Origin: Felis catus
Lineage: Eukaryota
Assembly (NCBI RefSeq): GCF_018350175.1
Contig: NC_058386.1
Span: 6,820,001 to 6,884,000 of the forward strand
Length of the DNA stretch: 64,000 nucleotides
Reading direction: 5' to 3'
Positions 1 through 64,000 of this stretch are shown in pieces. The first letter of the stretch is position 1; each line of letters begins with the position of its first letter. Position numbers and translations under genes: made by a program. Under the pieces are notes generated by a model. The model made no database searches, was not told the origin of the DNA, and worked only from the letters and a program-made list of their open reading frames with translations.

Positions 1-357
1 GCGGTCCTTCGTGATTTCTTTACGCTTTCGCTTCCGTGTGTGCGGGCACGGTTTTCAAGGCTTCCCTAAGCCTCACTACCGTCACGTCTCATACGGTGGT
101 TGTAACCGTGCCACCGGGGTGAGCGGTGGCAGTATTTCCCCTGTTGCTGCGCCTGTCCTCACAGTGCCTCACGTTGTGGGTTCGGAGCAGGGTGGGCTCC
201 AGGAGGCGCACAGGGTCGGTCTGTCCCTTCCCTGGGAGCCAGCTCCTGCTGGGAGAGTAGCCTCGCCCTGGGATCAGCTGACAGGCCGTCTTGGCTGTTT
301 TCGACGCTGCCCCCACTGAGCTGTTGGCGGTGCTGCCTGTCTCTTTCTGGCCCGCAG

Positions 358-18636
<18,279 letters not shown>

Positions 18637-21600
18637 ACACAAACTATTCTAGAAGAGAATTCTAACGGACCAGCAGTGAATGTGTGAAGCAGCAATGCTC
18701 AGACACCGTTCTTTCCGCTCCAAAACTGTACGAACTTGACTTGCATTAGAGTGTACTTGGAAATCAGTTCATCCTGGCCACAGGAGTCTCTACTTTCTCG
18801 TAATCTTCATCAAGAAGTTTAAACCAGAAACATACACAGTCATATCAAAGGGGGAAGGAATGGTTTCCACCCAGAACACTCAGCCTGGGAAGCATGGAGC
18901 CGCCGGCTAGGCGGGGCACGGTTTGCTTTCCATCCAGAACAGGCTCTGATAGTTGAGAAAAGACGAAGAGGAGAAAAGAGAAAACAAAAAAAGCTGTGCC
19001 AAAAAAGAAAAAAAAAAGAAAATGCTGTGATAAAACCAAAAGTGGGGGAGGGGACTCTCCTCCACGTGGTGGGTTCGTTTTTTCCCCCTAACAATTTGGA
19101 CACTGCACTTGCTCTCACAAAGGATGTTCAAAGACCAGTTTGTACCGATGAAATGCGCAACTTTGTAATCCCAACACTTTCTATTTTCTAGAATCTTCTT
19201 TGTCCGGTGGTTTTTCTATTGGCTGGAATCCTGTCGTCCGGGGGCCTTCGGTCTGAGATGGAAACTGGTTTTGGTTTGTTGCTTCCTTCCCACTGTGTGC
19301 CCCCTCCACCTCTCCTTCGTGCGGTGTGGTGTTGGTTTGACTACACCTTCCGTAGACGCGGCCTCGTGGACACCATGCCGGAATCTCTGACGGTCGGCTT
19401 TCCCATCCCTTCGTCCTCCCCTCCGCCCTTCCTCCCTCTCCCTCACCGTCCCTCGCTCACTCGCTGTCCCTTTCTCATAGTTGCTTCGGATCTTCGGTCT
19501 CAAGGGCACTTTCGGCGCATAATAAGTGCTTTATGTAAGAAGGCAGGGCACGGGGACTTTTTACAGGAGAAAAAAAAAATACTTATAAGAGAAAGAGCCC
19601 GGAGTATTTTTGGAAAAAAAAAATATTTTTATGTTAAAACAATTTTAAAATCCTAAAATGGCCATCAGACACAGAGAGCTTTGTGTGATTCATATTTTAA
19701 GCAAATCTTAGGAGGACACGGGCAGGGTCTGAGGTGGCCTTTCCGTTCCCTGCAGCATCGTGAAAGGCGGTTAGGAATCTGGGTGGAAAAGTCTGGGTGG
19801 GTCCTGGGGGTCGGCGGGGGGATGCTTCTGCAGCGAGAGACGCAAATCCCGGCGCTTTTTGGTTCAAAGAAGAGTGTCGCATCGTTTCGGGGGCGTTCAC
19901 CCTCGTAGCCGGCACGAGAGGAGTCAAGAACAGAGCCCTCTGACCCCAGGAAGCATTTCCCAAACCAAATGGAATTGAAGAAGCCATCCACACGGACAGC
20001 GGGGCTCCCTGTCACCTGTTAGCGACCTCTCATTCACGGCGCTCTGAGTACCCACGGTCGCTTCACCGAGAGCGGTTGACCGGTCCTTGCACAGCTCACC
20101 TAAAAGCCTCCAGGATCTCACCCGGTGTGAGAGTGACAGAAACGAACGGGAAAGGGAGACTCTCAGTCCTGAAGGTGAATTACGTAGGTAGAACATCACT
20201 AATAATTTCTGCCGTCTTCATCATTTCTTTCTCTCTCAAGAGACCAGGAGAAAGATTTTTTTTTTTAATAATGAATCTTTTTACTGTTTTTAAAAAATTA
20301 AACATGGCTTTGTGTTCCTAGAGGAGTTTCCTTTCATTGGATCAGGTGCCCTTTGTACTCTCGTCCTAACCCGACACTGACCTGTTTTTTACATTAGCAT
20401 CGGGGAAGGAGCGAAAGATTGGGCCTCTTCTCTCCTCTGTTTCCCAGCGGGCACACGAAGGGGCGAGGAAGCTGGTCAGGCCCGGGGGCAGGGGTGCCGG
20501 TCGGGGGCAGGCTTCGGCTGGGTGCGCGTCCCAGCAGTGAGACAGGGTGTCGTTTGGAGGGTGGCGTCCGTCCGTGAAGCCAAAATCCAGCCGGCAGGAC
20601 GGCGGCCTCCCGCAGAACGTGGAATGTGTGGGGACCGGCGGCAACGGCCAGGGTGTGTTCTTCCTTCTAGATCGTTCATTGCCCTCCGCTTGGATACCCG
20701 AGTTATGCAAGCCCCGTCTGTAGAAGACCAAAAAGGGCTCTGTGTACAAGCTGGGTATTTGATTCAGGCTCCGTTCCCTAAGTGTTTAGCCCGGAAGGTC
20801 CGAGTTCTGTGGCGTCACATTCCCGTTTTTGAAGGTCGCAGACGACGACCGCCTGCCCTAAGAAATCATTAGGTTTGGGACGCTGTTTGCTGGGGATCCA
20901 GACCAACACCGTCTTGACCCCTACCCCAAGTAAAAATGTCACCTCTGCAGAGAAGTTGTTGAGGGTTGGGCCACGGTCAGCATGTGGCTCGTGTCTTACG
21001 AGCCAGTCGCCGTCAGGCGGTCATGGTGGGATGTCCTGTCGGGTTCACTAGATAAGCTTCCCGTGGACGTCAGTGGCTGGGGTCCTGTGGAGCTGTGGGC
21101 TTTAGCCTCGTGATTCATAAGTCTGAATCACGTGGGAATGATCAGCTGGGAGCCACGGGCTGCAAGGCACAGAATGGAGCTGGGGTGACAGAGGCAGATG
21201 GTCCCCAACCCTGCCTCCCCCCACCCCACCCCCAGCAGTCACAGGAGAGGAGCACCCGGGCCTGAAGAGGGACGGAGCCTGAGCACGCAGGGCAGGCCTC
21301 CGGCCCACCCCCACCCTCGGCACGACAGCTGTCCGCTGAGCCTCTCACGTCGGCGACTTCCAGCAAGCCGGGAGTTTCCCCTTCACCGAGGGGTGGCCCT
21401 CGTGGGAAGTTCCTGTTTGCCATTGTTTACGGCTCTTAAACAATGGTGGGTAAACGCTGAAGTCTTAGTGACCAAATTGAACCTTGATTCTGAAAGCAGA
21501 GTAACACAGTCATCCTTCCTGGAATCTTCGCTCGGGCTTGAAATGACCAAGAGCGTGTCCTGGGGTCTGAAGTGACCAAGAGCATGTCCTGCACCACAGG

Positions 21601-22075
21601 GTCTAAACCCTCTGACCCCACACGACACCCGGGACTTGACCTCCGTCCTGTCTTTCTAAAACTAGATCGCGGAGCCCAGTGAAGTGCACTTTGTCAAATG
21701 TAAGGGTCTGCTTTATTCCTTGTTACTTTACTCTATTTTTTAACCTTCTGTTCCATCTTGTTTTTTCTTTCTTTTATCCTGTTTCTTGTCAAATGCAGAA
21801 ATGTTCCTTCCGCCACTCACTGAAGTTTTGAATTCTGGCTTCTGCAGTTTTTATTGTCTGTGTCAGACGTACAGCCAGATGTGGTCCTCTGTCTGCATTT
21901 TCTAGATTCGGTTCCGTTCACATCCCCCCTCGTTTCGTCGTCCTCCACCCCCACTCACCTTCACGCTCTCTGAGAAGAAGAATCACTTTGTGTGTCGTAG
22001 CTCATTTGTTTCAAGAGAAAATCAACCGATCATACTCAGTGTCTTGAATAAATTGCTCTATTTTGATATTAGAGA
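18637..22075 (+). other. TBL1X: TBL1X long 3'UTR (~3.4 kb)
   Basis: SINE-free stretch after the stop codon with AU-rich blocks, ending at AATAAA 22047-22052 followed by a GU-rich element (ttggtggctgtgctttcttggg). The end position is approximate. Confidence 0.75.
22047..22052 (+). terminator. TBL1X polyadenylation signal AATAAA
   Basis: gtcttgAATAAAttgctctattttgatattagaga with downstream GU-rich element. Confidence 0.75.
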
Positions 22076-24808
22076 ACTTGGTGGCTGTGCTTTCTTGGGT
22101 CTCACTCGGTTAACTCTTGGTTGGGCCCGCGGGGACATGGATGAATGAAGAGCAAACTGTGCATTTTCTCAGGGAGACCGTAACTTGAGGGCCTCTTGGC
22201 AGGATTGCTGGGCTGAAGTAGGGCCAAGGGAACGGAACAGCACGATGTGGGAGGAACGGCGGCCCCCAGTTACCGTAACGTGTTGTGTAAACGAAGCATG
22301 TGTTCGTGTGTTTCTTCATCACTTTCTTCCAGGCTGGTTGTGGTCAAAACTCAAAGCGAGTGTTCCCCTATCAGCAGCTTGCTTTGCTGGGGCTTTGCGT
22401 TCAAGGATTAGCTTTAACTTGGAGAACCCGAGTCCTAGGACACGGGTGAGTTTAGGACACAGGCTACCCTTCAGACGTCTACCAGTGTCTCAAATGTAAC
22501 ACATCTGGCAGGTGCTTCCTATCACTTTAATCAATTGGTGGGGGGTCGGGGGGCTACATAATGACTGGGCACTGCCGTCCCAGGGTTAGGGAGGGGGCAG
22601 TTGAGGAGAGGCAGGGAGTGCTGTACGGGTACTTTTGCCGTAGGAGTCCCAGACAAGGTCATGGTATCGTTCCAAGTCCAGCCCGACCCTGCGCTACAAC
22701 AAAGCAGAGGGCTGCGGTCCCCGTGTTGTCTGGGGGCTCAGCCTGTGCCTTTTCTAACGCCTGCCAAGTTGACCAAGCATGTTCCCATGTTTCGGGAAAT
22801 GGGGTGAGGCACACTCAAGCCGTAGGAAGGTCCTGGAAAGATGGGAGTCCCCGGGATAAAGGCACGTGTGATGTGTGGCTTTGGTGGCTTCAGCAACAAT
22901 GCTGGGGTCACCTATAGGTCTCAGGGGGATTCTTCCTACTATAAGGGAAACTTACGTCATTTGGGGCATCTCAAGCTTCCAGTCACTCGGCAGAGAACTT
23001 TTCACCTTCCACATCTTGTCTCCTCCATGACAAGGTAAGCCGTGCAAGGGGGTGGACAGGGCGTGGGGCACCACGGGGGTAGCGTGACAACCCGTGCACG
23101 GCGTCCGCGCTCCGAGGCCAGGGGCTCTGGGAGCAGTGTTCCTTGAGCACGCGTCACCGGGAGAGACCACAGGGAAGCGGCCGGGTGCGGGACGTCCTCA
23201 CGCTGCACGGTGGGAAGGAGCGCGAGGGCATTTTGGGAGCGGGGAGCGAGTGGAGTCCTCACGAGGGTTTTTGTGCTGCGATAAGCCGACCGGCTGACAA
23301 ACCGAAGTCCTACGAAAGCGACCTGACGGGAACAGCCTCCTCTTTTCCACCCAGACTACACTCCCGGCCACCCGTCTGTCGTGTCCCGGCCCAGACTGCT
23401 GGGGCCCGGTCCCCTCACCTTTCTGAAAACTGCTCTCCCATCGGTGTTGCTTTCTCTCCACTGGATCATTGCTTTCGCACCCGCCATCTACAAAACGGTA
23501 ATCAGATGCCCCCGCAGCAACCAGCCTGACGGGGAGACTGCTTGCAACCGAGCGGCCCGTCATTTTCTGGCTCATCCCCGGGTTTGCTCCGTCGTCCCTT
23601 CTCCTCACTAGATGGACTGGGAGCCCGTCGGTGATGTCCACCGCACGGGCCCGCTCCCTGCCCGGCAAGTAGGCGTGAGGGGATATTCATGCATCTTCTG
23701 GCTTTCAGTCCCCACCCCCCACAACCCCCTCGGGCATAACCGCTGCGCCAGCTGGGGACTTGGCCACCCCGTCTCGGAGGGGTTGTCACTGGATCATCAG
23801 ATCAGAGAGGGTTCTTCCTTGCAAGCCTCTGAACCCGACTCGCTGGCATAAGGCAAAAAGAACAAACGAGGACACCGGGCCCTCTGAGGGATCCTGGAGG
23901 ACCAGGCCCAGGCCCATGCAGGGGAGGTGCGCACAGACACAGCCCCGGGCACTGCCCACGTGTGGACACGACACCGGAGTGGCCCCTCAGCCCCTCTCCA
24001 GACCTGCTTCTCTGCGGCCCTTTCCCTCGGGCGCTAGCTGCTAACTAGACTGGCTCGGCCAGGGAGGTGTGAAAGCTAGTACCTGTGCCTACAGGCGGAG
24101 GTGGGGGGGAGGGCTGGCCTCATGCTGTTGAGGGGGGTCCTCAAGCAGAAGAGGGGCTTCTGGTGCTGCTGGGGACTGAAGAGTCCACGCGGAGGCAGAC
24201 AAAGAAGGCACATACCGCTCCGAAAAGCTAAGCTTCCTTCGCACGCCCCTGACACTTTGGATCAAGGGGGGGGGGGGGGGAGTGACGTAGCTTGGGCCCA
24301 TCCTCAGGAATGTGCATGCCCAGGGCACCGTGGCCACAGTGCAGGTGTGCCCCGAATGCTGCTGCAGCCAGGCGACTCTCTAAGAGTACAAGTCCAGAAG
24401 CTTCCTGGACGGCTTTTCTAGAGCAAAAGGGCGTCCTTGACCAGAAGGGAGGTGTCCCGTAGCCGGTTGGTCTGTGGTGTCCCGGGAAAACACTGCCTTG
24501 CTTTTTCTATGGATCTTCCCATGGGGCCTGTAACTCCAATGCATGCGACAATATTTTGCCCATAAATACATTTAAAAACTTAAAATATATACCTATAGAT
24601 CCACCTGGATAGACCTATATTTCAACTGATGCAAAGATTCTAACCTGGGAAATGGTGTCAGTCAGGGCCAAAGAGTCCTTAGACCAGGTCACTGCTCAGC
24701 ACAGCATGGGGACCAGGGGCTACGTCATCAAGACCTTGCTCAAGAGCATTTGCTAGAGGTGTTGTTCAGACAGCATGCGAGCCAGGCCCGGAGCTCAGTT
24801 ACGACGAC

Positions 24809-24814
24809 TTTATT
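24809..24814 (-). terminator. GPR143 polyadenylation signal AATAAA (3'UTR ~290 nt)
   Basis: tttatt on + strand, 266 nt beyond the stop codon. Confidence 0.7.
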
Positions 24815-25080
24815 CACTTTTCTCAGGACCTAGGTCTGGCCTTTACATTATAGGCAACCTCAGAAGAGTGGAGAGCAGCTGCTATGTCTGGTCTGGAAGG
24901 AATTCTCTCTCTGTTCCCAAGCTCGTGCTCACGGATCGCGTCTCTTACCACGGCTACTCCTCGGGAAGGAACCGTTATAAACACGGTGAGGACAGGAAGG
25001 TTTGTGGGGAGAATGCAGTTCTAAAGAGTGAGAAACGCAGAACCTGAGGATGTGGGGACCGGACCCCTGTCACGTCCCCC

Positions 25081-60554
<35,474 letters not shown>

Positions 60555-60813
60555 TCAGTGGGGCGGGGCCTGGCCTGAGACGAGCTACGGAGATGCCCAG
60601 CCACACAAAGTACCAGACCAACTCCCGGGGGGGGGGGGGCCCCAGCCATCAGGAAAAGTTACACTGAGCAAACCCTTGGTAAAGACCTGCCCCATTCTAC
60701 CTCTGAGTTTTCCTTTTGTAATTGAGATGAAATTCACGGAACATAAAAGTAACCACTTCAAGCGGAGGGGCCCTGTCGCCTTGGGCAACTTCACATTATG
60801 CCACGGCCTCCTC

Positions 60814-60988
60814 TCCCCAGTTCTGAAACAGCTAAGGTCCCCAGTTCTGAAACAGCTAAGGCCCCAGAAGGACGTGCCCGCAGGCAGTCCCCGTTCCTCC
60901 CACCCCCAGCCCCAGCAACTGTCCCCGTTCCTCCCGCCCCCAGCCCCAGCAACTGTCCCCGTTCCTCCCGCCCCCAGTCCCAGCAACC
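60814..60988. repeat. 24-bp direct duplication (60814-60861) plus 3 x 34-bp C-rich minisatellite (60887-60988)
   Basis: tccccagttctgaaacagctaagg x2; gtccccgttcctcccRcccccagYcccagcaacY at 60887, 60921 and 60955. Confidence 0.9.
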
Positions 60989-61587
60989 ACCCGCCTCCTG
61001 TGTGTGTCTTTGGCTTCTCCCACTCTGCACAATCCGTGTAAATGGTGGCACACAACACGTGGCCCTCTGTGTCTGGCTTCTTTCACTTAACAGGAGTCTT
61101 TCAAGCTTGACAAGAACAAGGCACCTCATCAGTCCTCCTAAGTACCCAGCTCACCCAATAAGCAAGGAGCTCCTATCCCCACACATTCGCTAAGGTGCAT
61201 CTGTACCTAGAATTCACGGGTCTTAGTGCTAAGTGCAAACCAAGGTCTCTGAAGAAATGTGGGTTCGTTCCATGTTCTGGGACAGCGGGGAGCTCTCCTT
61301 TCTCACCTCCCACCCCCACACCCCACCATTCCCTGCATGCTTAACATTCCTGGACCATCTCTACCCTCTGTCTTTGTCCTCCCACATGCCCCTCCCTCTC
61401 CCCCAGGGACTCAGTCAGCCCTGCAGATGGGGTCTGGGAGAGGGGTGCACAGCCATCTGTTAAAGAGCATTTAACCGGCCTCTTCTGTGCCACGGGACGG
61501 GGGCCCACAGCTCCGTCGAATGCGCTCACCGTCACCCATGACTGTACCAGGCTCCCGGCAAATAGTGCCACCCCCAACCCACTGGGA

Positions 61588-61828
61588 TTTTTTTTTTATT
61601 AAATTTTTTTTTTAATTTTTTTTTTCAATGTTTTTTATTATTTTTGGGACAGAGAGAGACAGAGCATGAACGGGGGAGGGGCAGAGAGAGAGGGAGACAC
61701 AGAATCTGAAGCAGGCTCCAGGCTGAGCTGTCAGCACAGAGCCCGACGCGGGGCTTGAACTCACGGACGGTGAGATCATGACCTGAGCCAAAGTCGGAGG
61801 TTTAATGGACTGAGCCACCCAGGCGCCC
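61588..61828 (-). mobile_element. CAN-SINE with intact TSD
   Basis: TSD acccactgggatttt at 61577 and 61831. Confidence 0.92.
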
Positions 61829-63589
61829 TGACCCACTGGGATTTTAACTCTGAAAACCAGCTGTGTAGGCAAGGGAAGAAGCAACTTTTCGCAGCCAGTT
61901 CTCCAGAAGGCCACAAGGAAAGGACCCCAGCATGCGGTGCCTCTCGCGTTAGAACCGGTTCTGGAGCAGCCCTGCCCCTACCTCTCTGGGTTTGGGAGCT
62001 GATGGGGTGTGTCCCGTCCAGAAGTCAGAGGCTCTGCATCAAAGAGAGAAAGCAAAGGAGCAGCTTTCTGCAAAGGCCTGGGTTGTTGCATAGAGCAGGA
62101 GCTCCGCATTCCAGAACCTAACCTTGGGCCCAGGGAGCCAGGGGTGTTGTCCAGGGGTGTTGTCCGCAGAGGTGGGAGGGAGCAGTCCAGGCGAGTGCAG
62201 GCCTGGGGGCGGCCACAGACTACTCAGCGGTGCTCTGGCCCCAGATGGCCAAGCAGGGAGGGAGCCAGACTGGGCCCGGCTGTTCAGGCAGCAGCCACTT
62301 TAATAACCGATGTGACCCCGAACCCACACCAGGTCATGAGTCTCAAGTCCAATGCATCCACAATCAAGAGCAGCCGGTGGCTGAAGATGCTCATCTCTTT
62401 ATCTGACCGCTAGACCGTTTTTTACGTCCAGGCACGCGAGGGCCCTCCCCGGACCCCCTTTCCCCCACACTCCTATTCACAGAGCAAGTCGGGGCTTCGA
62501 TTTAGGGCTTTTCCCACGATCTCAAGCAACTTCTGCTGTTGTTTAAAACCTGTACATCCCACACCTAGAGCCGCAGGAGTTTACATTTTAACTCTAAATC
62601 TGTCTTCATGACATTTCTTAGGATTAGGATTGGAAAAAAAAAAAAAAAAAAAGATTCTCCTGTGCCAAAGAAAATAGCTAAGGACTGGAAGGATCTAGAA
62701 GGGAATACAGACTTTAATCCAGCCATACCTGCAAAACCTGGCCCCCTGCCCTGGAATTCCTCGGGACCCTCCTGGGAGGCTGCAGTGTCTTAACCGCGGT
62801 ATGGACCGCACCCTGGGCTCTGGAAGCAAGCTGGCTCTTAACAGAGGAGCCACACCCGCAGCTCTGGCCCCTTGGAGCCCTCACACCAGGAAGCAGGGCT
62901 TCTGCCATGACGAGGCAGGGGCTGGGTCTCCGTGGCTACAGAGCACCTGTCTTACTGCTCTGCTGTGATCCCTGCTCCTCTTTGATGGCAGAGCCGCTTC
63001 ACTCTCAACAGTCTTCCTAGTCCCGGGCCCCTGCGCTCGCTCCTGTCCTTGCATCCGAATGTTTCACCTCTTTGGCTGTTTGCCTCCCGCACGACCGGCC
63101 GGTCCTCGGACGCTAGGCTCTGCCAGCATCCTCTGAAGTGTGGAACCCCCCACCCCTGCATCCTGCCTGTTCTCACGCTGTGCTCCAAAATGAGTTGCAA
63201 ACACTGCTGGCTATGAGGAGGGCTTGCTGACGGCCTGTCCTGGTTTCTCAGGGCTCTCTGCCTGTCTTCTCGCTCCAGAGAGCTCTCGGGCTGCCCTGTC
63301 GGACCGCAGTCATCCGTGGGTGGGGGTGGGGGTGAAGCAATGCCTCCTCCTGCGACAGAACCAGCTTCCTGGAGGTGCTCCAAGGCTCCTCTTACCTCCA
63401 CAGCTGGCTGGCTGTGACACCTCTCGTTGTGCCCTAACTCCAATCCTTCCAAAACTGAGTGAGAAAGGTGTCACACAGGAACACACACTTATTTGCACTG
63501 GCCTCCGGGTCAAACACTTCTCATTGCTGCTAGTTGCCTACCCAAAGCCATTTCCCCTTTTTCCTTGGTAAAATAACCTTGATGGCATG

Positions 63590-64000
63590 CCAAATAGCAG
63601 CATGCTTGCCTAACAGACTATGTTTCCAATCCAACCTCCTCTTGCAGCTGTGACCATGAAACTAAATTCTGTCCATTCCAAAAATGGAATAGTTGTGTAA
63701 AATCCCCAGGGAGGCTGCTTAAAGGGAAATGGCTCAGGAGAAAACAGGCCCCTTATGCATTGCCCCTTCCTCTTTCCTGTGGCCTGGAATGCAGATGTGA
63801 TGGCTGGAGCTCCAGGAGCTATATTGGGCCATGACGCCTTGAAGATGAAAGTCACACAACAGGACAATGCAGCAAAAGACAGAAGAAGCATGGGTCCCTG
63901 AGGTCCATTATAAGGGCCCGGGATTGCCTACCTCTGGCCTCCTTTGGCATGAAAAAAAACTTGCTTTAAAGTTATTTTATGTATTCTATGTAGCCAAAAC
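63590..64000 (+). mobile_element. MaLR (MLT1J/K-like) LTR relic
   Basis: gcctggaatgcagatgtgatggctggagctccag…catgggtccctga…gattgcctacctctgg. Confidence 0.6.

Overview
Mammalian genomic DNA from a carnivore, almost certainly a felid (dense CAN-SINEs including the young SINEC_Fc type). It holds two convergent spliced genes. On +, the last nine coding exons of TBL1X (WD40 NCoR/SMRT co-repressor subunit; 358-18636) are followed by a ~3.4 kb 3'UTR ending near AATAAA 22047. On -, exons 4-9 of GPR143/OA1 run from 60537 down to the stop at 25081, with AATAAA at 24814-24809. Both reading frames are intact with GT-AG introns. In cats this gene pair is expected to lie in the pseudoautosomal region (from memory, not shown by the sequence). 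The most unusual feature is in the 25.4-kb last intron of GPR143: a ~9 kb purine-rich complex satellite (~27770-36590), degenerate on the left and homogenised on the right. Its homogeneous part is built almost entirely from a ZNF143/Staf-like core that overlaps an RBPJ site, YY1/TISU-like CAAGATGGCGG spacers and palindromic double-MYB CCGTTAACGG spacers, in nested higher-order units. The rest is L1/L2/MER/LTR relics, a tailless U2 retropseudogene, small tandem repeats and four N gaps. Most of the supplied ORFs are repeat- or GC-driven artefacts. All counts and motif matches were made by eye.
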